Source: Alphaproteobacteria bacterium
GTDB taxonomy: Bacteria; Pseudomonadota; Alphaproteobacteria; SP197
Length of the DNA: 64,000 nucleotides
Direction of reading: 5' to 3'
NCBI GenBank assembly: GCA_965228895.1
Contig: OZ245842.1
Coordinates: 160,001 to 224,000 of the forward strand
In this document: positions 16,403 through 26,814 of the stretch, piece after piece
Layout: every line of letters begins with the position of its first letter
Numbering within the stretch: position 1 is the stretch's first letter
Position numbers and translations under genes: made by a program
Notes under the pieces: generated by a model
Told to the model about the DNA's origin: nothing
Database searches by the model: none
The model's input: only the letters and a program-made list of their open reading frames with translations

Positions 16403-18344
16403 CGCGGATCAACTCCCCATCGTCATAAACGGGCCAGTGGCCCGAGGCCACCTTGGCCAGAGATGGGGTCATACCACCCAGACGCAAGCGGTACATCCAG
16501 TAGTTTGCCATGACCTTCTCGACGAACGAGCGCGTCTCGCGCACCGGGATGGTCTCCAGGAACAACAGCGGGTCGTCGATCGGACTGCTACGCTTCTGCC
16601 AGCGCTCCAGGTTGCCCGGGCCCGCGTTGTACGCCGCCAGCATATAGAACAGATTGCCGTCAACCGAACCCAACCCCATCAGGTGCTGGATGTAGTCCTG
16701 GGCCAGCGTCACCGACATGACGGGGTCGTCGAGCAGATGCCTATCGGCGCCGGCGAAGTCATAACCGTCGGCAATGTAGTCGGCGGTGGTCGGCATGATC
16801 TGCATCAGGCCACGGGCGCCGACATAGCTTTCCGCGGTCGCCTCATACCGCGATTCCTGGCGCATGATGGCAAAGACCAACGCGGGATCGACCTCGAAGC
16901 CATCGTCCGGCGTCCAGGGCGGCTCGGGATAGAGCGCGGCCTCGTAGCGGGTGGCGAAGTGCCGCTTCAGGTCGACGCCAAAACGGAACTGCGTCGCCGG
17001 CAGGTTGAGGGTGTCGGCGACCGTCAGCAGCGCGACCGCAAGACCGGGGTTCTGGGTTGCGGAGACCTGCTGGAACTCCAAATCGGCAATCTGCTGTTGG
17101 CCGGCCTGGGCCAACGCGACGGCCCGCTGAACCTCCGGCATCGCTGTCAGGGCCGAAAGCTCGCTGTCAGACAGGTGTGGCAGTCCATGATCGAAGACGA
17201 GCGGCTCGCCCAATGTCGCACGCGCCAGGATCCCATAAAAATCGTTGGGCCTTTCCGAGGCGATTCCCAGATAGAGCCGCACCTTGTCCGGTCGGCCGGT
17301 CATCAGGTTCAGCCGTGCAGCCCAATAGGCGCCCGAGGCAACCAGTTTGCTGGTGCGCGGATTGCCAGCGGCCAGGATCTCGAAGGCGCGCCGGGCGTTG
17401 TTAAGCTCGTCTGAGCGATAGGCGGCCATGCCCGCCGACCAACCGGCCAATGGCGCATCGGGGCCGGATCGCTCCAGGCTGGCCTGGCCCAGCTCCCATG
17501 CCTTGGCATCGTTGCCGTCCAGGAAATAGCTGTGGGCGATCTTGGCGCGAATCCTGTCGAAGGTGAGGGGATCGGCCAGGTCGGTAAACTCGGACCCGAA
17601 AAGGATCGCCTCGGCGGAACCGGGCCTGCCATCGCCCAGGCGATCGCGGACCTGGGCGATCAGGTCACGCAGCCGCTGACGCTCCCATGATTCCAGATGC
17701 GACCAGTCGGTCTCGTCGGCGCGCTCGTAACTTGGCTCAAGCGATGTCTCGGTGTCGAAGTCGTCGAGATAGCCGTCGCGCGGCTCTGCCGGGGTGTCGG
17801 CGCCGGCCGGTTGGCGTGCCAAGGCCAGTTGATAGATCCGCTGGGCCTGCGGATGGTCGGCATAGCGCACGAGCCAACCGGAAAGCTCGTCGAAACTGGA
17901 ATGCCAGTCGGTGGGATGCAGATACCGTTCGGCAAGCACGTGGCCCATCAGAATCGGGTCGTCGAGCTGTTCGATCAGCCGGTCGGCGGCTTGCCAATCG
18001 GCTTCGCGCTGAAGCTTGAAGATGCGGCGGTAAAGGCCCGCATCACGCTGGCTCAAGACCGACAGCTCCGTGAGATACGGCAGATCCGGCTTTGTGACGG
18101 GAACGGGAGCCGCCACGAGAGGCACCAGATCGTGATCGTACACAACGTTCGCGGGGTCGCCGGGGAAGCTGGCGGCAAACGAGATGCCGCGGTCCGGGCG
18201 TTCCTGAGGAATAGGCGGCAGCGGTTGCTCTGCTGAGACCGCCGTCGAACTCGCGACGACACCCAGCAGCAGCGATGCTGCAAGCACACAAATCCTGCCT
18301 CGGCCATGCCGGCTTACCGCCGACGGCCACGATGCTCGACTCAT
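16389..18344 (-). CDS. Soluble lytic transglycosylase (Slt-like)
   Basis: AIMRQES (catalytic Glu), GARGLMQIMP, AAYNAGPG, IPVRETRSFV; N-terminal signal segment. Start set at MSRASW. Confidence 0.92.
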   Translation of the reverse strand: MSRASWPSAVSRHGRGRICVLAASLLLGVVASSTAVSAEQPLPPIPQERPDRGISFAASFPGDPANVVYDHDLVPLVAAPVPVTKPDLPYLTELSVLSQRDAGLYRRIFKLQREADWQAADRLIEQLDDPILMGHVLAERYLHPTDWHSSFDELSGWLVRYADHPQAQRIYQLALARQPAGADTPAEPRDGYLDDFDTETSLEPSYERADETDWSHLESWERQRLRDLIAQVRDRLGDGRPGSAEAILFGSEFTDLADPLTFDRIRAKIAHSYFLDGNDAKAWELGQASLERSGPDAPLAGWSAGMAAYRSDELNNARRAFEILAAGNPRTSKLVASGAYWAARLNLMTGRPDKVRLYLGIASERPNDFYGILARATLGEPLVFDHGLPHLSDSELSALTAMPEVQRAVALAQAGQQQIADLEFQQVSATQNPGLAVALLTVADTLNLPATQFRFGVDLKRHFATRYEAALYPEPPWTPDDGFEVDPALVFAIMRQESRYEATAESYVGARGLMQIMPTTADYIADGYDFAGADRHLLDDPVMSVTLAQDYIQHLMGLGSVDGNLFYMLAAYNAGPGNLERWQKRSSPIDDPLLFLETIPVRETRSFVEKVMANYWMYRLRLGGMTPSLAKVASGHWPVYDDGELIRVAGY

Positions 18345-18443
18345 GTTTGTCCCCCCAAGCACAGTCGTTATAGACAGACCTGCTCGCTGCAAACAAGTCG
18401 GGGCGCAGGACTCTACGTTTGCCGCGCCTTTGTGCCAGGGGAA

Positions 18444-19271
18444 TTAAGTATAAGATTCCAGACGTCGGCGAATCGCCTGCAGGTCACGCCAACATTCGCG
18501 CTTGCGGGCGGGCTGTCGGAGCAGGAAGGCGGGATGGAAAATTGCGGTCGCCGGAATCTCGCGGCCGTCGCTCGCTGTGTAAGTGAACCAGCGCCCGCGC
18601 AACCGGGTGATGCCCTCGCTTCGTCCCAGCATCGCCTTTGCCGCGCTGCCGCCGACATAGATCAGGATCTCCGGCTTTATGATCTCGACCATGCGTTCGA
18701 CGAACGGCAAACAGGTAGAGATTTCCTCGGCTGTAGGCGTCCTGTTGCCCGGCGGACGCCAGAACAGCATGTTGCTGATCAGGACTTTCGAACGGTCGAG
18801 ATCGATGGCGGCGAGCATCTTGTCCAGCAGTTGCCCGGCCGGTCCGACGAAGGGTTTGCCCTGCCGATCCTCCTGGGCGCCGGGCGCCTCGCCGATCAAC
18901 AGAATGCGTGCCCGCGTGTTCCCGTCATAGACGCAGGTCGTTGTTGCCGTCCGCTTGAGCGCACAGCCATCGAAACTTTCGATAGCCGTATGTAGTGCCT
19001 CCATAGTAGTAGCAGATTCCGCGACCTCCTTGGCGCTTGCCACGGCCTGGGAGGCCGGAGGGGGTGGAGGCGGCGCCGAATCGATTCGTTTGGCCATGGA
19101 AAGAGCGGCCGTTTCGGATGCCGCGATGGGCATCGGGGGAGCCTGATCGAGACGGTTAACGGGGCTCTCGGCGATGGCTTCGTCAATGCCGTGATCAGCG
19201 TACCACCTCAAGATCGATGCCATGGTTTGCGGGTCAGCGCTCATGGACTGAACGTTAACACGACCCATCAT
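18444..19271 (-). CDS. Uracil-DNA glycosylase family 4
   Basis: IGEAPGAQEDRQGKPFVGPAGQLL, WRPPGNRTP, FHPAFLLR. Confidence 0.95.
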   Translation of the reverse strand: MMGRVNVQSMSADPQTMASILRWYADHGIDEAIAESPVNRLDQAPPMPIAASETAALSMAKRIDSAPPPPPPASQAVASAKEVAESATTMEALHTAIESFDGCALKRTATTTCVYDGNTRARILLIGEAPGAQEDRQGKPFVGPAGQLLDKMLAAIDLDRSKVLISNMLFWRPPGNRTPTAEEISTCLPFVERMVEIIKPEILIYVGGSAAKAMLGRSEGITRLRGRWFTYTASDGREIPATAIFHPAFLLRQPARKRECWRDLQAIRRRLESYT

Positions 19272-19350
19272 TGAGTTGGGACCCCGCGTCGGATAAGAGA
19301 CGGTGCGGACGGGGAAGCCGGTTCACAAGAGATTATTCAGGAGCGGTGCG

Positions 19351-20991
19351 ATGGAAGCCCAAGAGCGGGAAAGCATGGAATTCGATGTGGTGATCGTGGG
19401 CGCCGGTCCGGCCGGACTGGCGGCATCGATCAGGCTGCGTCAACTCGCCGCGGAAAACGACCAGGAGATTTCGGTCTGTGTGATTGAAAAGGGTTCGGAA
19501 GTCGGCGCCCACATTCTGTCCGGCGCGGTGCTCGAACCACGCAGCCTGAACGAGCTGATCCCCGACTGGCAGGAAAAGGGCGCGCCGCTCAACACACCGG
19601 CGGCCGAAGACCGTTTCCTGTTCCTGACCGAAAAGGGTTCGCACCGGTTGCCGACCCCGCCGCAGATGAACAACCACGGCAACTACATCGTCAGCCTGGG
19701 TAACGTCTGCCGTTGGCTGGGTGAACAGGCCGAAGGGCTGGGCGTGGAGATCTTCCCCGGTTTCGCCGCCGCCGAGGTCCTCTATCACGAGGACGGCAGC
19801 GTCAAGGGCGTGGCCACCGGTGATATGGGCATCGGCAAGGACGGCGAGAAGAAAGCGCACTACGAGCCGGGCATCGAGCTTCACGCCAAACAGACCTTCT
19901 TCGCCGAGGGCTGCCGGGGCTCGCTCTCAGGCGCGCTGATGGAGAAGTTCAATCTGCGTGACGGCGTGGATCCGCAGACGTACGGCATCGGCATCAAAGA
20001 GCTGTGGGAGATCGATCCGGCCAAGCACGAGAAGGGCAAGATCACGCACACCATCGGCTGGCCGATGGATAGCAAGACCTATGGCGGTTCCTTTCTTTAT
20101 CACCTCGACGACAATCTGGTGTCGGTCGGCTTCGTCATCGGGCTGGACTATGAAAACCCCTACCTCTCGCCGTTCGAGGAGTTCCAGCGCTTCAAGACCC
20201 ACCCCGACATCCGGCCGATCTTCGAAGGCGGCAAGCGTCTGGCCTATGGCGCCCGTGCGATCAACGAAGGCGGTTTGCAGTCGATCCCCAAGCTGACCTT
20301 CCCCGGCGGCCTGCTGATCGGCTGCTCGGCGGGTTTCGTCAACGTGCCGAAGATCAAGGGCAGCCACACGGCCATGAAGACCGGCATGACGGCAGCCGAG
20401 GCCGTCTTCGAGTGGCTGGCCGCCGGTGCGTCCGGGCGCGAAGTGACGTCCTATCCCGAGCGGCTGAAGAAAACCTGGGTGTGGGATGAGCTCCACCGCG
20501 TCCGCAACATCCGGCCCAGCTTCCACCGCGGTCTGTGGGGCGGTCTGGCCTATTCCGGCGTCGACACGTATCTCTTCCGCGGCAAGGCGCCCTGGACCTT
20601 CCACAACAAGGCCGATCACAGCGCGCTGAAGCCAAAGGCCCAGTTTTCGCCGATCGACTACCCCAAACCCGATGGCGAGGTCAGCTTTGACCGCAACAGC
20701 TCGGTCTTCCTGTCGAACACCAACCACGAAGAAGACCAGCCAGCCCATTTGACGCTGAAAGACGCCTCGGTGCCGATTGCCGTCAATCTGGCGACCTATG
20801 ATGCGCCGGAACAGCGCTATTGCCCGGCCGGGGTCTATGAGATTGTCGAGGGTGATGACGGCAAGCCGCAGCTGCAGATCAACGCGCAGAACTGTGTCCA
20901 CTGCAAAACCTGCGATATCAAAGACCCGACGCAAAATATCGTCTGGGTAACGCCGGAGGGTGGTGGCGGCCCCAACTATCCCAATATGTAA
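19351..20991 (+). CDS. Electron transfer flavoprotein-ubiquinone oxidoreductase
   Basis: [76 protein letters not shown]. Confidence 0.98.
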   Translation: MEAQERESMEFDVVIVGAGPAGLAASIRLRQLAAENDQEISVCVIEKGSEVGAHILSGAVLEPRSLNELIPDWQEKGAPLNTPAAEDRFLFLTEKGSHRLPTPPQMNNHGNYIVSLGNVCRWLGEQAEGLGVEIFPGFAAAEVLYHEDGSVKGVATGDMGIGKDGEKKAHYEPGIELHAKQTFFAEGCRGSLSGALMEKFNLRDGVDPQTYGIGIKELWEIDPAKHEKGKITHTIGWPMDSKTYGGSFLYHLDDNLVSVGFVIGLDYENPYLSPFEEFQRFKTHPDIRPIFEGGKRLAYGARAINEGGLQSIPKLTFPGGLLIGCSAGFVNVPKIKGSHTAMKTGMTAAEAVFEWLAAGASGREVTSYPERLKKTWVWDELHRVRNIRPSFHRGLWGGLAYSGVDTYLFRGKAPWTFHNKADHSALKPKAQFSPIDYPKPDGEVSFDRNSSVFLSNTNHEEDQPAHLTLKDASVPIAVNLATYDAPEQRYCPAGVYEIVEGDDGKPQLQINAQNCVHCKTCDIKDPTQNIVWVTPEGGGGPNYPNM

Positions 20992-21054
20992 CCGGGCTGA
21001 GTGTAACCGGGGTCACTGGCTCTGACGGCCATGTGACCAAGGGGGCTTTGTAAC

Positions 21055-21089
21055 AAACGGCTGATTGGACTAGCATATCAGCCGTTTTT
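21055..21089 (+). terminator. Probable intrinsic terminator after ETF-QO
   Basis: Perfect 11-bp inverted repeat AAACGGCTGAT / ATCAGCCGTTT ending in a T run. Confidence 0.55.
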
Positions 21090-21125
21090 CGCGGCTGGAG
21101 ACTGCCGGTGATTCTAGAATTTTCG

Positions 21126-22895
21126 ATGTGTTCCCGCCTGCTCGGCGGCTTCGGTGTGGCCGTTCTGCTGGCTGCTTGCACCGACGATGCGCCCAGTGGC
21201 GGTGACGCCCTCGTACAGTCTGCGAGCCCGACGACCGTGGCTCAGGCCAACGAGCCGCTGGAGCTGATCTCCGCCGAAAGCGACAACGAGGAGATTCAGC
21301 CCAGCGCGTCCGGCAGCTATCTCTCCGCCCTTGTTGCCGCCAACAACCGCGACATGGGCTCGGCCGCCGATTTTTTCCTGATGACGCTGGATACCGATCC
21401 GGACAATCCGGAGCTTCTGCGCCAGGCCCATCTTGCCTTGGTGATGGACGGCCGGGTTGGCGAAGCGGTGCCGATCGCCCGTCGACTGGAGGCCATCGCG
21501 CCCGGCGACCCGATTTCCAACATGACTCTGTTCGTCGCAGCCATGAACGACGGCAATCTGGATCTGGCGTCGGATCATCTCGGTGATCTGCCGTTACAAA
21601 GTTACAACACACTCGTCGTGCCGCTGGTCGAGGCCTGGATCGAGGTTGGCCGCGGCAACACGGAAGCCGCTCTGGCGGCCATCGCCGCCGGACTGAGCGA
21701 TGACGGTTTCGAAAGCTTTCGCGCGTACCACATCGCGTTGATCGAAGACCTTGCCGGCAATGCGGAGGCCGCCGACCGCGCCTATGCCCTGGCGCTGCAG
21801 TCCCAGGAGGGCGGTTCCTATCGCGTGGTTCGTGCCTACGGCAACTTCCTGCGCCGCGAAGGCAGGGTCGAGGAGGCCAAGGCCGTCTATGACAACTTCT
21901 TGGCGGTCAACCCCGGCACCGTCTGGCTGGATGACGTGCTGGCGGAGGTCGAGGCTGGAACCGTGCCCGAGCGCGAGGTCAACTCACCGATCAAAGGCCT
22001 CTCTGAGATTCTCTTCGGCGTCGCCAGCGTCGCGGATGCCGGCAGCGGTGGCGGGACCTCGCTAATTTATGCACGGTTAGCTTCCTACGTCGATCCCGAC
22101 AGCGCGATCATCCACCTTCTGATCGGCGACCTTCTGGAGATCGATGATCGCCCGCTCGAGGCGGTGGAGGCCTATGAAAAGATCCCGACCAGCTCGCCGT
22201 TGTATTGGTCGGCCCGTCTACGCACCGCCGTCAATCTTGACCGTGCCGGTGAGACGGGCAGGGCGATCGATATGCTCGCGGTCATGGTCGATGAGCAGCC
22301 CGACCGGTCCGACACGCTTGTTACCATGGGTGATCTCCTGCGCGTTCAAGAACGTTGGGAGGAGGCGGTTGCCGCCTATGATCAGGCGGTTGAGAGGCTC
22401 GGCGGCGTGGCCATGGCGAACTGGCGACTGCTCTACGTGCGCGGTATTGCGCTGGAGCGCTCCGGCGATTGGCCGCGTGCTGAGGAAAACTTCCTGGCCG
22501 CGTTGGAGGTCAACCCCGAGAGCCCCTATGTGCTGAACTATCTGGGCTACACCTGGGTCGACCAGGGCGTCCATTTGGACGAAGCGCTTCAGATGATCGA
22601 AACCGCCGTCGAACAGCGGCCTCAGGACGGTTACATCGTCGACAGCCTGGGCTGGGCGCTTTACCGGCTCGACGACTTCGAGGGTGCGGTGCGCTATCTG
22701 GAACGCGCCGTTGAGCTGGAGCCCGGCGATCCCGTGATCAACGACCACCTGGGCGATGCCTATTGGAAGGTCGGCCGGTACAACGAGGCGACGTTCCAGT
22801 GGAAACGCGCAATGTCCCTGGCCGATGAGGGCGATGCCGACCTGATCGCGGTGATCGAGGACAAACTGGACGACGGTCTGGATGCCGGAGGCTGA
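21126..22895 (+). CDS. TPR-repeat (lipo)protein
   Basis: Lipobox-like VLLAAC; C-terminal TPRs VLNYLGYTW, GYIVDSLGWALY, INDHLGDAYWKVGR..EA.FQW; typical position upstream of ispE. Confidence 0.9.
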   Translation: MCSRLLGGFGVAVLLAACTDDAPSGGDALVQSASPTTVAQANEPLELISAESDNEEIQPSASGSYLSALVAANNRDMGSAADFFLMTLDTDPDNPELLRQAHLALVMDGRVGEAVPIARRLEAIAPGDPISNMTLFVAAMNDGNLDLASDHLGDLPLQSYNTLVVPLVEAWIEVGRGNTEAALAAIAAGLSDDGFESFRAYHIALIEDLAGNAEAADRAYALALQSQEGGSYRVVRAYGNFLRREGRVEEAKAVYDNFLAVNPGTVWLDDVLAEVEAGTVPEREVNSPIKGLSEILFGVASVADAGSGGGTSLIYARLASYVDPDSAIIHLLIGDLLEIDDRPLEAVEAYEKIPTSSPLYWSARLRTAVNLDRAGETGRAIDMLAVMVDEQPDRSDTLVTMGDLLRVQERWEEAVAAYDQAVERLGGVAMANWRLLYVRGIALERSGDWPRAEENFLAALEVNPESPYVLNYLGYTWVDQGVHLDEALQMIETAVEQRPQDGYIVDSLGWALYRLDDFEGAVRYLERAVELEPGDPVINDHLGDAYWKVGRYNEATFQWKRAMSLADEGDADLIAVIEDKLDDGLDAGG

Positions 22896-23811
22896 CGGCG
22901 AACGATCTCCGATTGCGATCACCGCCCCGGCCAAGGTTAACCTCTACCTCCACGTTACGGACCGTCGCGCCGACGGCTTGCACGAGCTCGACAGTCTGTT
23001 CGTGCGTGTCGACGCCTGCGACCAGATCACGGGCGAGGCGGCCGAAACGCTGACGCTCGAAGTTCGCGGGCCGTTTGCCGAGGCCCTGACGGCCCAAAAT
23101 GCTGACGACAATCTGGTCCTGAAGGCCGCGCGCCTGCTGGCCCAAGAGGCCGACGTCACCGCCGGCGCCGCGCTGGTTCTGGAAAAGCATCTCCCCGTCG
23201 CGGCCGGAATCGGCGGCGGTTCGGCCGACGCCGCTGCGACGCTGCGCCTCCTCGTTGACTTATGGTCGCTTGATTTTGGGCCGGCCCGTTTGGCGGCGAT
23301 CGCCGCGCGCCTGGGTGCGGATGTGCCGCCATGCCTGCACCACGTGCCGCTGGCGGTTTCCGGCACCGGCGATATCGTTGAACCTTCGCCGCGCCTGCCC
23401 GCCGCCTGGTTGGTGCTGGTCAATCCGGGCGTTGACGTGCTGACGGCGCGCGTCTTTGCTGCGCGATCCGGCGGTTTCAGCGGCGCCCAACCGTTGACGC
23501 GAGAGCCACGCAATGTCGCGGACCTCGCCCATGAACTCGGCCTTCGGCGCAACGACCTGGAAACCCCAGCGATCGCATTGGCGCCGGTGATTGCCGACGT
23601 GTTGGGCGAACTGCGCCAACTCGCCGGCATCCTGCTGGCCCGGATGTCCGGCAGCGGCGCGACCTGTTTCGGCCTCGCGGCCTCTGCTGCCGACGCTGAG
23701 AGGAGCGCGGCCGCCCTGGCCAAGGCGCATCCGGACTGGTGGGTTTGCGCCGCCGCCGTGTTGCAAGACGGTGATGCTAATCCGCTTCCCATCAGGCGCG
23801 GGAATCGTTAG
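22882..23811 (+). CDS. ispE: 4-diphosphocytidyl-2-C-methyl-D-erythritol kinase
   Basis: APAKVNLYLHV, KHLPVAAGIGGGSADAAA, LGADVP, NDLE, RMSGSGATCF. Confidence 0.97.
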   Translation: MPEADGERSPIAITAPAKVNLYLHVTDRRADGLHELDSLFVRVDACDQITGEAAETLTLEVRGPFAEALTAQNADDNLVLKAARLLAQEADVTAGAALVLEKHLPVAAGIGGGSADAAATLRLLVDLWSLDFGPARLAAIAARLGADVPPCLHHVPLAVSGTGDIVEPSPRLPAAWLVLVNPGVDVLTARVFAARSGGFSGAQPLTREPRNVADLAHELGLRRNDLETPAIALAPVIADVLGELRQLAGILLARMSGSGATCFGLAASAADAERSAAALAKAHPDWWVCAAAVLQDGDANPLPIRRGNR

Positions 23812-23819
23812 GTAGCGCC

Positions 23820-25163
23820 ATGTCTAAAGAGTTTGATGTCGCGGCCTGGCAGGACCGCCTGGCGCGTCGCGAGGCGAGGATTGGCGTTATCGGCCTGGGC
23901 TATGTCGGGCTGCCGCTCGTTCTGGCCTTCCACGACGCCGGTTTCCCGGTTCTCGGCTTCGATACCGATGAGGCGAAGGTCCGCCAGCTCGACGAGGGCC
24001 AGAGCTACATTCGCCATATCGCCGGTGACGCTATCGCCGGATTGGCGGGTTCGGACCGTTTTCACGGCACCACCGACGTCGCAGAGCTTGCCGATACCGA
24101 CGCGATCCTGATCTGTGTCCCCACGCCGCTGACCCGCTACCGCGACCCCGACCTCTCCTATGTCGAGGGCACGGCGCGCGCCATCGCGCCGCATGTGCGC
24201 GCCGGCCAGATCGTCATCTTGGAGTCGACGACCTATCCGGGCACGACCGACGAGGTCCTGAAGCCGATCCTGGAAGCTGGCGGCCTGACCGCCGGGCGCG
24301 ATTTCCTGATCGCTTATTCGCCGGAGCGCGAAGATCCCGGCAACCCGACCTATGGCACGACCGAGATCCCGAAGGTTGTCGGCGGCGACGATGCGGCGGC
24401 GACAGCGATTGCCTGCAGTCTCTACGACACCATCACCAGCGGTGGCACGGTGGCGGTGGGTTCGGCGGCGACGGCGGAGGCGGTCAAGCTCACCGAAAAC
24501 ATCTTTCGCGCGGTCAATATCGCGCTCGTGAACGAGTTGAAGGTCGTTTACGACAAGATGGGCATCGACATCTGGGAAGTCATCGACGCCGCCAAGACCA
24601 AACCCTTCGGCTTCATGCCGTTCTATCCGGGTCCGGGCCTGGGCGGTCACTGCATCCCGATCGATCCCTTCTACCTGACCTGGAAGGCCAGGGAGTTCGA
24701 GACACCGACCCGCTTTGTCGAGCTGGCGGGCGAGATCAACAGCGCCATGCCGGCCCACGTGGTCTCCCGCCTGGCCGAAGCGCTGAACGACCGCTTCGGC
24801 AAGGGGCTCAACGGTAGCCGCGTCCTGATGATGGGCATGGCGTACAAGAAAGACGTCGACGACATCCGCGAAAGCCCGTCGCTCAAGCTGATGGCGCTGC
24901 TGGAAGAGCGTGGCGCGGATGTGAGCTTCTACGATCCCTTCATCCCGGTTATCTCGACGGGACGCGAGCACGCCGCGTTGTCCGGCCGCAAGAGCGTCAC
25001 CTGGCAGGATGTCCTGGCCGGCGGCCACGATGCCGCGTTCATCGTGACCGACCACAGCGACGTCGATTATCAGGCGCTCGTCTCCGCGAGCCCCCTGGTC
25101 GTCGACACGCGCAACGCGACGCGCGAGGTCGCGGAACACCGCGATCGCATCGTGCGCGCCTGA
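23820..25163 (+). CDS. Nucleotide-sugar dehydrogenase (UDP-GlcNAc/UDP-ManNAc type)
   Basis: GLGYVGLP, ICVPTP, LESTTYPGTT, SPEREDPGN, KLTENIFRAVN, GPGLGGHCIPIDP, YKKDVDDIRESP. Confidence 0.95.
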   Translation: MSKEFDVAAWQDRLARREARIGVIGLGYVGLPLVLAFHDAGFPVLGFDTDEAKVRQLDEGQSYIRHIAGDAIAGLAGSDRFHGTTDVAELADTDAILICVPTPLTRYRDPDLSYVEGTARAIAPHVRAGQIVILESTTYPGTTDEVLKPILEAGGLTAGRDFLIAYSPEREDPGNPTYGTTEIPKVVGGDDAAATAIACSLYDTITSGGTVAVGSAATAEAVKLTENIFRAVNIALVNELKVVYDKMGIDIWEVIDAAKTKPFGFMPFYPGPGLGGHCIPIDPFYLTWKAREFETPTRFVELAGEINSAMPAHVVSRLAEALNDRFGKGLNGSRVLMMGMAYKKDVDDIRESPSLKLMALLEERGADVSFYDPFIPVISTGREHAALSGRKSVTWQDVLAGGHDAAFIVTDHSDVDYQALVSASPLVVDTRNATREVAEHRDRIVRA

Positions 25164-25250
25164 TGTGTGTCACCCGACCTAACCTAGACCGACTTGCACG
25201 GTCTGACTTGCGCACGGGCGCGCTTTCTGGTTTGAAAGCGCCGTCTCTGC

Positions 25251-25324
25251 TGGGGCGTAGCCAAGCGGTAAGGCAACGGGTTTTGATCCCGTGATCCCTG
25301 GTTCGAATCCAGGCGCCCCAGCCA
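25251..25324 (+). tRNA. tRNA-Gln (anticodon TTG)
   Basis: Acceptor stem TGGGGCG/CGCCCCA, anticodon arm ACGGG-TTTTGAT-CCCGT, T arm CCTGG-TTCGAAT-CCAGG, encoded CCA. Confidence 0.97.
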
Positions 25325-25515
25325 ACCTTGTCACTGTCGATAAGCCTAGCAATTTCCGAAGGTTATTGAACTTCGGGTGATATTCTGATCTTTAGATCGT
25401 TGTCGAGCGATGGGCAGGCAGGCGTCGCCTAGGGGCACCCCATCTCAAATCGAGACGTGCGCCGGCGTTTGCGTTCCCTTGATGTCACGTTAGGGAAATA
25501 CTGAGGCCGCACGCC

Positions 25516-26760
25516 ATGGCGCTTCGCAAATCGCTTTTGTGCACGAACTTCTTCGCTGCCGATGCCAGCGGCGGCTTGGGCCCGTATCTCGGCATCTATC
25601 TGCTTTCGGTGCTCGGCTGGCATGCCGGTTCGATCGGCATCGCTCTGGCGCTGGGCACGATCGTCCAAGTCATCGTGCAGACACCTGCCGGCGCGCTGAT
25701 CGATCGGGTTCATTGGAAACGCCTGCTGTTGGGGTTGTGCGGCGGTGCCATTGGCGTCGCGACGGTCGCTGTTCCGATCATCGGCACGGAAGCCGTGGTC
25801 TATGCCTCGCAGATCGTGGTCGGCATTGCAGCGGCGTTTATCGGACCCTGCATCGCGGCCATGACGCTGGGCCTGGTGGGCCCCGACAACTTCACCCGCC
25901 AGGCCAGCGCCAACGCCATGGCCAACCACACCGGCAACGTCGTCTCGGCGACCCTGGCCGCCGCCATCGCGCTTTATATCGCCGACTATCTTGGCGAAGG
26001 TCTCGACAAGGCCGGCGTGTTCTATCTCGTCGGCATCATGGCGGTCGGCATGATCATCTCGATCGCCTCCATCCCGGGCCGGGAGATTGATCATGACGTC
26101 GCACGCGGCGGCATAGCCGACGAAGGGGCCGGCGAAAAGAAACCGTCGGGTTTCAAGACACTGCTCGAGGACCGCAGTCTCTTGATCTTCGCGCTCTGCA
26201 TCGTGCTCTTCCATTTCGCCAACGCGGCCATGCTGCCGCTGGTCAGTCAGAAGCTGGCTGAAGGCAGCGATGCCGAGCACGGCATAGCGTTTGCCTCCGC
26301 CTGTATCATCGCGGCCCAATTCGTCATGGGCATCATGGCGTGGCTGTGTGGCAGAACGGCGGACACCTGGGGCCGAAAGCCGCTTTTCATCATCGCCTTT
26401 GCGGTCATGCCGATCCGCGGACTGTTGTTCAGCATGGGCGATGATCCTGTCTTTCTGGTCGCCGTGCAGGCGCTGGATGGTGTCGCAAACGGCGTCTTCG
26501 GCGTCATGTTCTTGCTAATCGTCGCCGATCTGACACGCGGCACCGGCCGCTTCAACGTCGCGCAGGGCGCCTTGACCACGCTGGTTGGTATCGGTGCATC
26601 ACTCAGCAACCTGATCGCCGAGGAACTTGTCGAGTTGTTCAGCTACAACGTCAGTTTCCTGTTCCTCGCCTGTGTCGCGATCATCGGCCTCGTCATCTTC
26701 GTCTTCTTCATGCCGGAGACGGCGCCGCACAAACAAAAGGATGCGGTCGCTAGTCCATGA
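25516..26760 (+). CDS. MFS transporter
   Basis: NFFAADASGGLGPYL, GALIDR, FHFANAAMLPL, ADTWGRKP, DLTRGTGRFN. Confidence 0.92.
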   Translation: MALRKSLLCTNFFAADASGGLGPYLGIYLLSVLGWHAGSIGIALALGTIVQVIVQTPAGALIDRVHWKRLLLGLCGGAIGVATVAVPIIGTEAVVYASQIVVGIAAAFIGPCIAAMTLGLVGPDNFTRQASANAMANHTGNVVSATLAAAIALYIADYLGEGLDKAGVFYLVGIMAVGMIISIASIPGREIDHDVARGGIADEGAGEKKPSGFKTLLEDRSLLIFALCIVLFHFANAAMLPLVSQKLAEGSDAEHGIAFASACIIAAQFVMGIMAWLCGRTADTWGRKPLFIIAFAVMPIRGLLFSMGDDPVFLVAVQALDGVANGVFGVMFLLIVADLTRGTGRFNVAQGALTTLVGIGASLSNLIAEELVELFSYNVSFLFLACVAIIGLVIFVFFMPETAPHKQKDAVASP

Positions 26761-26814
26761 TCCGCTTATGCGGAATCGGCACCGGCCCGGTGATGCCACT
26801 AAACCGGGAATGCG

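Noticed and set aside
18411-18440. Sigma-54 promoter upstream of slt (TGGCAC on the minus strand)
   Set aside because: The required GC at -12 is not at the GG-N10-GC spacing.
20987-21011. Direct repeat TGTAACCGGG x2 at the ETF-QO stop
   Set aside because: Only two 10-bp copies; it could be an ECF-sigma or regulator site but nothing else supports that.
25251-25515. tRNA-Gln-anchored genomic island
   Set aside because: No integrase follows the tRNA and I found no duplicate of its 3' end in the window.
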